Assembly (NCBI GenBank): GCA_963845095.1
Contig: CAWJQM010000016.1
Span: 187,183 to 251,182 of the forward strand
Direction of reading: 5' to 3'
Length of the DNA: 64,000 nucleotides
From: an uncultured delta proteobacterium
GTDB taxonomy: Bacteria; Desulfobacterota; Syntrophia; Syntrophales; Smithellaceae
Of this stretch, positions 1 to 10,083 are shown piece by piece. Both the position numbers and the translations under genes were made by a program. The first letter of the stretch is position 1. Each line of letters opens with the position of its first letter. The notes beneath the pieces were generated by a model. It had not been told where the DNA came from and made no database searches. It was given only the letters and a program-made list of their open reading frames with translations.

Positions 1-573
1 TATCGCGGGATGTCCATCCGGAATCGGTAACATTGCCGCCCGATGAAAAACTTTATCTTGGTCATATTTCAGAATTTATTTTGCGCGCCTTTAAGCACTA
101 CCAGTTACAGGAGAGTTTTAAGGATTTCTATGGCTGCCGCATTATTTTGAAATTCCGGAAATTAACTCCTCAGGAGATGCGTTCGAGAAAATTCACTGAT
201 TATTCCCGCTTTGCCGTAGGCGCGGCAGGAGCGGTTGCCGGCGTTGTGACACTGATCCCGGTGAATATGATTTTATTTCTGGTGGACGGGGTGAAAACGG
301 AAATCGACCGGCAGGAATTTGAAGAACGTGTCATAAAGATGGGGCTTCCGCCGCCCAAAAAGGGCGCCGTCACCCATGAAGCTGGAAGAGGGGGGACGGA
401 CTCTTTTATATGTAAAAGATGAAATAGAACAGGAAGTCACGGGTAAAGCCAGCGCTAGATTGCAATTTGATGATAAAATAGCAAGTTATATAGTTGAAGA
501 GTGTGTTCTGGAAAAAGTCACCCCCGAGGAGATGGAACTTTATCAGGAAGAGATTCAACGCTTTAAAAAATGA
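1..573 (+). CDS. hypothetical membrane-associated protein; possibly 5'-partial at window edge; reading frame broken once (ORFs 33..422 and 376..573)
   Basis: Frame 3 is open from position 3 with no stop before the TTG at 33. Hydrophobic segment FAVGAAGAVAGVVTLIPVNMILFLV. The frame-1 ORF continues to the stop at 571-573. A G6 run at 390-395 is a plausible indel site. No family recognised. Confidence 0.4.
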
Positions 574-633
574 TAATTGGAACCCGCTTTTGCCCGTTGT
601 AAAATAATCTTATAAACAGGATGAGGAAAATAA

Positions 634-3619
634 ATGATGTCTGATCAATCGAAATGTCCCCGGCCGACTCTGGAAGCCGGCGATGTGCTGCATGGATTTA
701 AAGTCTTACGGGTAGAAACATTGCCGGGGGTAAGAATTACGGCTTATGAAATCGAACATAAAAAAACCGGCGCCAAAGTTTTACATCTGCACGGCGATGA
801 CAGGGAAAATTTGTATGCGATCGGCTTTCGCACTCCGCCTGCTGATTCTACGGGGCTGCCCCATATTTTAGAGCACTCCGTGCTGGCGGGCTCCGAAAAA
901 TATCCGCTCAAAGATGTTTTTAAAGAATTGATGCGCTCCACGCTGCAGACATTTATCAACGCCTTTACCTATCCGGACAAAACAGTTTATCCCGTGGCCA
1001 GCCAGATCAAAGGAGATTTTTTCAATCTTGCCCGCGTTTATACCGATCTGGTGCTGCATCCGCGTCTGCTGAAAGAGACCTTCTTGCAGGAAGGCCATCA
1101 TCTGGAATTTGCCGTACCGGATGATTTGTCAAGCGATCTGATGATCTCCGGCATAGTCTATAACGAAATGAAAGGGGCATACTCTTCGCCGGATTCACTC
1201 ATGTATAAGTCGATACAGGAGGGCTTATATCCCGAGAGCGTTTATTCTTTTGATTCCGGCGGTGATCCCGATGTAATTCCGACCCTGACTTATGAACAGT
1301 TCCGCCAATTCCATCGAACTTATTATTCTCCTTCCAATGCCCGTTTTTTTATTTACGGAGATATCCCGACGGCCGAGCATCTGGCTTTTCTGGAAGAAAT
1401 GCTGGCGGGATTTGAACGCGTAAAAGTCAAGTCGGCGATCAAGAGCCAGAAACGCCTGACTAAACCGCGCATTGTCCGCAGCACTTATCCGATAGATAAA
1501 AATGAATCTCTGGCCGGGAAAGCTTCGGTGAATCTGGCCTGGATGATGTCGGAAAATACCGATTACGAAAATTCACTTATCCTGGAAATTATTTCGGGGC
1601 TGCTTACGGGCAGTTCGGCCAGTCCCCTGCGCAAAGCCCTGATTGATTCGAACCTGGGCGAAGATTTGACCCCGGTCAGTGGAATTGAGGGCGATTTAAA
1701 GCAGTTGCTGTTTGCCGTCGGACTGAGGAATACGGACAGCGCCGATGCTCCGGCTATTGAAAAACTGATTTTGACAACCCTGGAGAATATAGTATCTACC
1801 GGATATGACAATGACCTGATCGAAGGAATTCTGCATCAGATTGAATTTCACGGCAAAGAAATTGTCCGGGGATCATATCCTTACGGAATTGCCTTGATGG
1901 GCAATGTGTTTCAATCCTGGCTTTACGATGGCGATCCATTGATCGGTCTGGATTTTCCCCTGATTATCGAGAAAATACGCACGCTCTGGGCAGCCGACCC
2001 GCAATTATTTCAGAAAATGACCAGGCACTGGTTCCTGGATAATAAGCATCGAATTCTGGCGATAATGGAGCCCGATCCGGATTTTGGTGAAAAGAAGGAA
2101 AAAGAGTATCGGGAAAAGATGGCCCGGCTCAAAGCATCGTTTGAATGATGCCCAACTTGCAGAAATTAATGCGCAGGCGAAGGAATTGAAAAAATTCCAG
2201 TCCGAACCCGATTCCCCGGAAGCTGCGGCCACTATCCCCCAATTACAGATCTCCGATATTCCCCGGGCGGTGGCAATAATTCCGGCACAAAATGCCGTCA
2301 TGGGCGGCGTTCCGGCACTCGAGCATGATATTTTTACCAACGGGATTGCTTATCTCGATTTAGTCTTTGATATTTCCCATATTCCGGAAGAGCTGCAGCT
2401 TTATTTGCCGCTTTTGGGCAAGATCATTTCCGGTATGGGAGCCGCCGGATTTTCCTACGATGAAATGGCCAAACGCATAGCTCTGAAAATGGGAGGATTC
2501 GGCTATGATCCCGGCGCGGGATTTTCCGCCGATGCCGGCAGCTGCTGGCAAAAGATGATTTTTTCCGGATCCGCCCTTTATCGCAATCTGCCGGAGGCGC
2601 TGGATGTTATCAGCGATATTCTCTGTGCCGGTGATCTGAGCAACGAAGAGAGAATGTCTGATTTGATCGCCGAGCGGAAAAACAATCTGCAATCGGCAAT
2701 TGTCCCTTCCGGACATATTTTCGCCCGCCGGGCGGCAGGAGCGGCGCTCACACTGCCGGCGTATCGTGACGAACAATGGAACGGGCGCACACAATTGCGC
2801 TTTGTCCAGGCTGTCGCGCGTAACTTTTCTGCGGCGAAAGCGGATCTGGCCGCAAAGCTGGCAGCGCTAAAAGCAATGATTTTCAGCGCAGATAACCTGA
2901 TTATTAATGTGACTGCCGAAACCGCTGGTTTGCAGCTGGTTGCGGATAATATTGCCCGGCTGCTGAACAGACTGCCGGCAAAGGCAGATAAACAAAAGCA
3001 GGCGGTGCCGCCGCTGCCTGCGGTTTGGGCGGGAATTGCCGTACCGTCGCAAGTTTCATATGTCGCCCGGGTGTTGACGGCGCCGGCATATATCGATCCC
3101 GCCACGGCCCTGCTGATGATTGCGGCCAGGGAATTATCCAACAGCTATCTGTATAAGCATATCCGGGTGCAGGGCGGGGCTTACGGGGGTATGTCCTCCT
3201 GTGATGCATCGCTGGGCCTCTTCTCTTTTCTTTCCTATCGCGATCCTCACCTTGCAGAAACTCTGCAGGTATTCCGGGATGCCGAAGACTTCTTCGCGCA
3301 AAATGAAATTTCTGCCGACGACATGAAAAAGGCCATCATCAGCACGATCGGGATGCTGGATAAGCCTATGGATCCGGGAAGCCGCGGCCATGCGTCCTTG
3401 ATGCGCGACATTGCCGGCGTTACCGATGAGATGCGCCAGAAATTCCGCGAAGAAATATTATCGGCCACGCCGCAAAAGCTGAAGAAAGCATTGGGCGAAT
3501 ATTTCCCGCGCGCATCAAAATCAGCGGCGGTGGCGGTTTATTCGGCACAGGAAAAGATCGATGAAGCCAATAGAAGCCTGAAAGAAAAACTGGTTCTGGA
3601 GCATATTTCTGAAGATTAG
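634..3619 (+). CDS. M16C-family zinc metallopeptidase (PreP/presequence-protease-like insulinase); frame broken once
   Basis: Inverted zinc motif HILEHS (HxxEH). ORFs 634..2148 and 2084..3619 are the N and C halves of one ~990-aa PreP-like protein. They join at ...MARLKAS|NDAQLAEINAQAKELKKFQ near the T-run at 2140-2142. Span length is 3n+1. Confidence 0.85.
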
Positions 3620-3622
3620 CTG

Positions 3623-3741
3623 GCTGTTGAAAAAGACTCATCTGCAGCGTTACGCTTCGGCTCTCTCTGCTCACGTACCTCTAAAGTACGCTCCGCTGCT
3701 CGCTCCTCGCGATGCCTTGCAGCTAAACCTTTTTGAACAGC
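3623..3741. repeat. 119-bp imperfect palindromic intergenic element
   Basis: Termini GCTGTTGAAAAAG (3623-3635) and CTTTTTGAACAGC (3729-3741) are reverse complements with one mismatch. There are internal partial inverted repeats (ctgcagcgttacgc / gcgatgccttgcag; cgtac..gtacg). Single copy in this window. Confidence 0.5.
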
Positions 3742-3789
3742 CTGTGAGACTGGGGGCAACACCATGCTAGATTTTCCGGAGGAATCATT

Positions 3790-4014
3790 ATGACTGATAA
3801 AAATGATGAGGAAACACGGCACATCAACTGTTTTTCCTGTGAGCATTTTTATATCACCCATGAACAGCGATATCCTTACGGCTGCAGCATAATTGGTTTT
3901 AAATCCGCCCGGATGCCTTCCGTTGACGTTTATATAAATTCCGCTATCAGATGCGGTCTGTTTGCGCAAAAAGAAAAACAAGAAGATAAGGCATCAGGTG
4001 AGGCTTTGCGCTGA
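3790..4014 (+). CDS. small Cys-rich hypothetical protein (74 aa)
   Basis: ATG preceded by ggagga. CFSC (CxxC) plus two further Cys (YGCS, IRCG). Function unknown. Confidence 0.5.
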   Translation: MTDKNDEETRHINCFSCEHFYITHEQRYPYGCSIIGFKSARMPSVDVYINSAIRCGLFAQKEKQEDKASGEALR

Positions 4015-4031
4015 GTAATTTTGTGCTTGCC

Positions 4032-4163
4032 GTTTATTTCTCCCATCAACAACAGCGATTCATCATTATGCCGTGACACGCTTCTTTCAACTGCTTTGGA
4101 ACTGTGATTGGCATAGCAATAACTGCATAAGTGTTTGCAGGTATTGTATTCGCCGATGTCAAT
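4032..4163 (-). pseudogene. C-terminal fragment of a Cys-rich protein with CX3CX2C (DUF1848-like by memory); no start codon
   Basis: Minus-strand translation gives SKSIDIGEYNTCKHLCSYCYANHSSKAVERSVSRHNDESLLLMGEI. The frame opens just after a TAG and has no Met. An adjacent out-of-frame fragment (~4165-4285) reads ..RFTDEQIKEFIQKYLRKEVEQKH*. Confidence 0.3.
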
Positions 4164-4291
4164 GCTTTTGCTCTACCTCTTTCCTCAGATATTTTTGAAT
4201 GAACTCCTTGATTTGTTCATCTGTAAAACGTTTGTGTAACTGAATCACCTTATGATCCCCCTTTTGGGCAGGATCATATCGTTTTTCGGGT

Positions 4292-4333
4292 GTTCACTTT
4301 TAATTTTAAATTTAAAAAGGTTCACTTTTAATT
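4292..4333 (+). promoter_or_regulatory. two identical 14-bp direct repeats GTTCACTTTTAATT (4292-4305, 4320-4333)
   Basis: Exact 14/14 repeat with 28-bp periodicity. It lies immediately upstream of two TTGACA boxes (4339, 4366). Candidate regulator binding sites. Confidence 0.35.
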
Positions 4334-4365
4334 CTTATTTGACACTTGAAAAATTTTGTTTGTTC

Positions 4366-4394
4366 TTGACATGAAAGATATTTTTTCCGATACT
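4366..4394 (+). promoter_or_regulatory. sigma70-like promoter TTGACA-17 bp-GATACT upstream of the 4Fe-4S gene
   Basis: TTGACA at 4366-4371, a 17-nt spacer, GATACT at 4389-4394. An RBS aacggagga follows before the ATG at 4429. Confidence 0.45.
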
Positions 4395-4428
4395 TTCCGC
4401 AATTCTTTAAAACGGAGGATCTGTTAAT

Positions 4429-5421
4429 ATGGTGGACATGACATTGTGTAAGAAACTGGCCGAAGCCGTTGGGGCAGGAGAATCGCCGCTGGTTCCAAAG
4501 ATTTTTGAGGCCATGGTCAATGATGAAGAGGCAAAGGTCATGCTTTTGGCGACCCCCCCGGCAACTGTAGAAGAATTAGCGGAAAAGTCCGGATTGTCCA
4601 GGGATGTAATCATGACGATGATGGATTCCTTATTCCACCGCGGGTTGATCTTTAAAGCCACAAAAGGCGGTGAAAAGAAATTCTATCGCGTAAAATCAAT
4701 TCCACAAATGCATGATTCCACCAGTCTGACCCCGGGAATTTCCCGGCATGTGCTGGACCTCTGGAAAGAGTATATGCAGAAGGAATGGCCGAGTTACGGT
4801 CAGATAATCATGGATTTCCTGCCCGGTGCCATCATGCGGGTTGTTCCCGTCAATGAAAGTGTCGAACCGCAATCACAGATTCTTGCCTATGACGATGTCG
4901 TCAAGATTATCGGGGATGCTAAAACGCTTTCCGTTACAAATTGCTCCTGCCGCGTGATTTCCGGAAATTGTAAAAAGCCGCTGGAAGTTTGCATGCAGGT
5001 CGATCGCGCCGCTGAATACAATATCGAACGGGGTACGGGACGGGAGTTGTCCAAAAGCGAAGCTGTCGAAATTCTGAAAAAGTGCCGGGAGGAAGGGCTG
5101 GTGCATGTTGTTGATAATCGCCAGACTGTAGGCCATGTCATCTGCAATTGCTGCAATGATTGCTGCCTGAACTGGGCTATTATGAAGGGACCAAAGAAAT
5201 GGGTGGCGCCCAGCCGTTTCGAGGCTTTTGTTCATGCCGATCTTTGCAGTGGATGCGAAGCGTGTCTGGATCGATGTTTTTTCGATGCTCTTTCCATGAA
5301 GGATGATCTGGCCGCCGTAGATCCTGAAAAGTGCCTGGGATGCGGTGCTTGTACAGTCGTCTGCCCGACGGACGCCTTAAAGCTCAAAGAGGTTCGACCA
5401 TCCGATTTTGTTCCGGTTTGA
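4429..5421 (+). CDS. 4Fe-4S dicluster-domain protein with Cys-rich middle region
   Basis: C-terminal CSGCEACLDRC and CLGCGACTVVCP ferredoxin motifs. Additional clusters: NCSCRVISGNC and ICNCCNDCC. 330 aa. Confidence 0.7.
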   Translation: MVDMTLCKKLAEAVGAGESPLVPKIFEAMVNDEEAKVMLLATPPATVEELAEKSGLSRDVIMTMMDSLFHRGLIFKATKGGEKKFYRVKSIPQMHDSTSLTPGISRHVLDLWKEYMQKEWPSYGQIIMDFLPGAIMRVVPVNESVEPQSQILAYDDVVKIIGDAKTLSVTNCSCRVISGNCKKPLEVCMQVDRAAEYNIERGTGRELSKSEAVEILKKCREEGLVHVVDNRQTVGHVICNCCNDCCLNWAIMKGPKKWVAPSRFEAFVHADLCSGCEACLDRCFFDALSMKDDLAAVDPEKCLGCGACTVVCPTDALKLKEVRPSDFVPV

Positions 5422-5429
5422 GAGGAGCA

Positions 5430-5766
5430 AAAGGGTAGCAGGATCTTCGGGATGCTGAAGATAAAATGTGCCGGTGGGTAATCTTCTTGAGAATATCGCA
5501 GCACAGCCACTCCCCGAACTCCACGACGCGTTTCTGGTGGCAGGATGGACAGAACGCCGGCGCTTGCAGGAAAAGGCCAGCAGATATTCATGGCCGCAGT
5601 CTTTGCGCTTCACACGGGCGAAGCCTTTGTGCAGGTCGCCGCAATCAAGGTACCGATAGATCACCTTCTCCATATAAGGCCGCCAGAAACCATGGCCACA
5701 GTGAGAAACGATCGTCGTATTCCTGCACAAAGGTTTCAAAATAGTCTTCCACGCAGTTAAGATCAC
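5430..5766 (-). mobile_element. IS91-family transposase N-terminal (zinc-binding domain) remnant; frameshifted and 3'-truncated
   Basis: ..GFWRPYMEKVIYRYLDCGDLHKGFARVKRKDCGHEYLLAFSCKRR.. The sequence then continues in another frame (..HFIFSIPKILLPF..). The fragment ends against the 4Fe-4S gene stop. Confidence 0.6.
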
Positions 5767-5821
5767 GGTTTTTGAATCCGTATTTTATGCAATGCAACGG
5801 TCGCGCTTTAAATCTTTCATA

Positions 5822-6250
5822 TCAGCCGTGAAGAGTAACCCGCTTTCCGTCAATTTCCAAACTAGTCTTGGAATAGGTAAGTTTTTGAATAATCTTACCA
5901 TCTTGAAAGTGGATCACATCAACCCCTCGCCTTTTTTCCGATTTTCCTTCATAGCCCTTTTCAAAAGAAGGACTTTCGAACTGCCAGCGGTAAAGAATTT
6001 TCTGCTCTTGCTCGTCGATGAATGTATCTTCACTGATAAACCGAAACCCGCCATGATGGGTAAACCAAGACGTCCAAGCCTTTCGGAGGCCTTCCTTTCC
6101 CTTAGCGTGTCCCCCCGTCCAGTTTTCAAATAAGATATCATCATGAAAAAGTTTCATCACACCGTCCAGATCATGGTTTCCCCAGGCTTGATTCCATTCC
6201 TTCAACGCTGTCATCATTTCTTCTCGTGATAGTTTCATCATTGCCCCCAT
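5822..6250 (-). CDS. SnoaL-like / NTF2-fold family protein
   Basis: 142 aa. The pattern ..EWNQAWGNHDLDGVMKLFHDDILFENW.. is typical of SnoaL-like polyketide-cyclase-fold proteins. The true start may be one of the internal ATGs at codons 4-5 (ggggg RBS). Confidence 0.6.
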   Translation of the reverse strand: MGAMMKLSREEMMTALKEWNQAWGNHDLDGVMKLFHDDILFENWTGGHAKGKEGLRKAWTSWFTHHGGFRFISEDTFIDEQEQKILYRWQFESPSFEKGYEGKSEKRRGVDVIHFQDGKIIQKLTYSKTSLEIDGKRVTLHG

Positions 6251-6571
6251 AGCTATCGATTAAACCACTTTTTTAAAAGTAATCCGTCTTTGAGTCGAGG
6301 TAGGGTAGAAATACTGTGCACCCATGTTTAGTGCAACGTCTTCAATCGTTTCCGCCAGTTCCAGCTTCATGGTAAAAGGTCGCCAGACCATGCATCACGT
6401 TTCCGAAAGCCTCCCCAGCAAGGCTCATCAATATCATGATTGCCGAAAAAACAACATCAATGATTAAGTATTCAAGTCAAGCATTTTGCTGAGGTAAGCA
6501 ATGTGTGGATAACAGGAATCTGTGCTTATTTTGAAAGACGGACTCATCCATCTTAAAACGCACTTTTCAAG

Positions 6572-6700
6572 TCGGGAATGATAGAAATGCGCATTGGCAA
6601 AACTCACCGGCAAAATTCGATAGTCCACTTAGCGTGCGACTAAATTGCAAATGCACTGGATTCCCGATAACGTAAAGGTCACGCGTCAGGCCGGGAATGA
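6572..6700. repeat. three CGGGAAT-core motifs in alternating orientation downstream of alaS
   Basis: tcgggaatga at 6572-6581, tggattcccga at 6657-6667 (inverted), ccgggaatga at 6691-6700. Units 2 and 3 can pair as a 7-bp stem on the alaS transcript. Confidence 0.4.
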
Positions 6701-6724
6701 CAATATGGAGACTCCAGATTAAAA

Positions 6725-9369
6725 CTACTTTGTCAGCAACTTTTCCAAGGCCGGAAAAATCTTGCCCAGATTTTCCGGCTGGGTGCCGCCGGCCTGGGCC
6801 ATGTCGGGACGGCCTCCGCCGCTGCCGCCGACAAGCGGGGCGAGTTCCTTGATGATGTTGCCGGCGTGAATACTTTCCGGCCAGGTCTTTGGTAACCATG
6901 CAAAGCAGAAATGCTTTTTCCCCGGCTTTGCCGCCTAGAAAGATTATCCCCGATTCCAGCTTATCCCGCAGCTTGTCGCCGAAATCGCGCAGTGTCTTGG
7001 CATCACTGATATTTACTTCCGTGGCCAGCACTTTCACGCCGCCGATTATCTTTAACCTGACTTAATAAATCTCCGGAGTCTTTGGCGGCCAGTTTCCCTT
7101 TGAGCGCCTCGATTTCCTTTTCCAGATCTTTGCTGTGTTTGAGCAGTTTTTCGGCGCGGTCGGTCAGTTCCGAGGGGCTTGTCTTAAACAACAAGGCGGC
7201 CTTTTTCAGTTCTTCCTCAGCCTTTTGCACATGCAGGAGCGCCTGTCTGCCGGTGACCGCCTCGATGCGGCGCACTCCCGCAGCGATCGCTGATTCATGC
7301 AGCACCTTTAATAAGCCGATATCGCCCGTGCGGGTAACATGTGTGCCGCCGCAGAGCTCCATGCTCATTTCGCCCATTTTGACTATACGCACCGTGGCCC
7401 CGTACTTTTCATCGAATACGGCGGTGGCGCCAGTTTTCAGAGCGTCTTCCAGGGCGCATACCTCGGTTACCACTTCGATATTTTTTCGAATTATGTCGTT
7501 GGCAATATCTTCTATGCGGCTTAGTTCTTCATCGGTGATTTTGGAAAAATGAGAAAAATCAAAGCGCAGCCGTTCGGTATTAACCAGCGACCCGGACTGT
7601 TTGATATGATCCCCCAATACGGCTTTGAGCCCCGCCTGCAAAATATGCGTGCCGGAGTGGTTGGCGGCAATGGCTTTTCTCTTTTCCAGATCAACAATCA
7701 GATGAACTTTATCGCCGGTTTTAATTTTCCCTTTTTGGACAACGCCCTTATGCACGAAGAGTTTTTCCACAGGCTTTTTCGTATCCTGCACTTCGAAGAC
7801 AAAATCCTTGCCTTCCAGATATCCGGTGTCGCCTGCCTGCCCGCCGGATTCGCCATAGAACGGCGTTAATTCCACTATCAGTTCGGCAACCTGCCCTTCA
7901 ATCAGGCTCTCTACCGTTTTCCCCTCCAGAAAGATGGCCGAAATTTTCGATTCTGCTTTTGTCACTCCTTCATAACCGCAGAAGTTCGTGACAATACCGG
8001 AGCTGGATGCTTTCAGGTAGCATTCGTCGATCGATTCCTCCCCGCTGCCTTTCCATGCCCCGCGGGCACGCTCGCGTTGCTGCTCCATTTCGGTTTCAAA
8101 GCCTTCATTATCCAGCGTCAGCCCATCGCGCCTGACAATGTCCGCCGTCAAATCCGTGGGAAAACCGAAAGTATCATAGAGCTTGAATATCAGTGAGCCG
8201 GGGAGAACTGACTTGCCCGCTTTTTTCAGCGCTGCCGTTTCTTCCTGCAGAATGCGCAAACCGGCATCGAGTGTTTCCATGAAACGCTGCTCTTCATTGA
8301 TTATAACCTTGGTAATGAAGGATGACTTTGATTCCAGGTCGGAATAGACATCTTTCATCATAGCAACGACAACTTCAGCGCACTGATAAAGAAAAGGCTT
8401 ATTAATCCCCAGCATTTTGCCATGACGGGCCGCCCGGCGCAAAATGCGCCGCAGAACATAACCGCGGCCTTCATTGCTGGGCAGAATTCCATCACCTATT
8501 AAAAAGGTCACAGCCCGGCTGTGATCGGCGATAACCCGAATGGAGGTATCATCATCGGCTTTATGGCCATAGGTTTTGCCGCTGATTTTTTCGACAAATT
8601 GAATAATGCCGCCGAATAAATCAGTGTCATAGTTGCTTTTTGCGCCCTGAATAACCGCCGTAAGCCTTTCTAAACCCATTCCTGTGTCGATATTCGGTTT
8701 GGGTAGGGGAGTTAATTTCCCTGTTGCGTCGCGGTCAAATTGGGTAAAAACCAGATTCCAGATTTCCAGATAGCGATCGCAGCCGCAATCCAGATCACAT
8801 TCCGGCCTTCCGCAGCCGACGCTGGCGCCCTGATCGTAAATGATTTCGGAGCAGGGGCCGCATGGCCCGGTATCCCCCATCATCCAGAAATTACTTTTTT
8901 CGCCCATCCGGACAATGCGATCGACGGGCACTTTCATTTTTTCATGCCAGATGTTGTAGGCTTCGTCGTCATCCTGATAAACCGTAACCCAGAGTTTATC
9001 TTTCGGCAGCTGCACAACCTCGGTTAAATATTCCCAGCCCCAGGCAATTGCTTCTTCTTTGAAGTAATCGCCAAAGGAAAAATTGCCCAGCATCTCAAAA
9101 AAAGTATGATGGCGGGCGGTGATGCCGACATTTTCCAGATCATTGTGTTTGCCGCCGGCGCGTACGCACTTCTGGGAGGACGCTGCCCTTGTATAGCCCC
9201 TGTTTTCCAAACCTAAGAAGGCGTTTTTGAATTGCACCATCCCCGAATTGGTGAACATTAACGTCGGATCGTCTTTGGGAATGAGAGCTGAGCTGGCAAC
9301 GACAGTATGCCCTTTCCCTGCAAAGTATTGTAAAAAACTTTCCCGAATTTCACTGCCCGTCTTCGCCAT
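6725..9369 (-). CDS. alaS: alanine--tRNA ligase; frame broken twice near the 3' end
   Basis: The 788-aa ORF 7003..9369 is canonical AlaRS. The remaining C-terminus ([16 protein letters not shown]..., then [26 protein letters not shown]...LLTK*) is recovered by frame shifts at ~7044-7054 and ~6861-6868. Stop at 6725-6727. Span length is 3n+2. Confidence 0.9.
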
Positions 9370-9401
9370 GTAAATCTTCCTCCGGTATCTTTCCTGTTTT
9401 T

Positions 9402-9521
9402 CTTAGGAGCCGTTGCGAAATAGTTTGTTTTTATGTATTTCGTTACGGCTCCTTATGTCGTTTTATCATTCATTTGACCACCCCTCCGGGGGGCAAGACC
9501 AAGTTATTTTTTCTAAACGGC
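9402..9521 (+). repeat. structured hairpin element, copy A
   Basis: Arms aggagccgttgcgaaat (9405-9421) and atttcgttacggctcct (9437-9453). The core tttgaccacccctccggggggcaagaccaagttatttt is identical to copy B. Confidence 0.75.
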
Positions 9522-10083
9522 GCAATATCAAGCCCGCCGGGAATCCTCTGCCCAGCAGACTTTGAAATATCTTTTTCTTTTCTTTAATATCCTGCAGGCC
9601 GTCTTTTTTCCCGGCCAATTTTTTTCTAATTAACAGAGCAACGGCTTCTTCTTCCGGCATTTCCCGCCGCACTTCTTCTATTGCCTGATCGATCAAATTT
9701 GCCGCAACACCTTTTTCCTTCAGGCTGGCGATAATTTTTCTATTTCCGCAGAGTTTATTTACTGCAAGATTACGCGCCCATTGAGAGGCAAAAGAAGAAT
9801 CATTCAGATACTTCAAATCGTGTAGTTTTTCCAGTGCTTCTTTAATAACAAGTGCGGGAAACCCTTTTTCCCGCAGCTTTTTCTCTACTTCTCGGGCACT
9901 GCGCGGACGCAATGACAAAAAGCGATATGCTTTTTGCTTGGCATGCTGCAAATCAAGATAATCAGCCGTTTTAATTGGATTATCTGCATTATTCGGCACA
10001 GGATCATCCGTCAGTGCTGCATCATACAAATTATTTATGCCGCCGCAGCAATTTTTAAAACGTGACCGGGAATAGCGAATCAC
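9466..10083 (-). CDS. recX: recombination regulator RecX (C-terminal ~17 codons and stop lie inside repeat copy A)
   Basis: RecX three-repeat pattern (..[15 protein letters not shown].., ..[22 protein letters not shown]..). Overlaps the recA stop by 4 nt. The N-terminal extent is uncertain. Confidence 0.8.
   Translation of the reverse strand: MIRYSRSRFKNCCGGINNLYDAALTDDPVPNNADNPIKTADYLDLQHAKQKAYRFLSLRPRSAREVEKKLREKGFPALVIKEALEKLHDLKYLNDSSFASQWARNLAVNKLCGNRKIIASLKEKGVAANLIDQAIEEVRREMPEEEAVALLIRKKLAGKKDGLQDIKEKKKIFQSLLGRGFPAGLILRRLEKITWSCPPEGWSNE

Noticed and set aside
5466-5760. Plus-strand ORFs 5466..5744, 5468..5659 and 5545..5760
   Set aside because: All are antisense or out-of-frame readings of the IS91 transposase remnant. 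Their products are Arg/Ser/Pro-rich without motifs.
6567-7037. 156-aa ORF as an independent gene downstream of alaS
   Set aside because: Its N-terminal part is the in-frame continuation of AlaRS ([16 protein letters not shown]...). The Arg-rich tail is out-of-frame alaS sequence plus repeat read-through.
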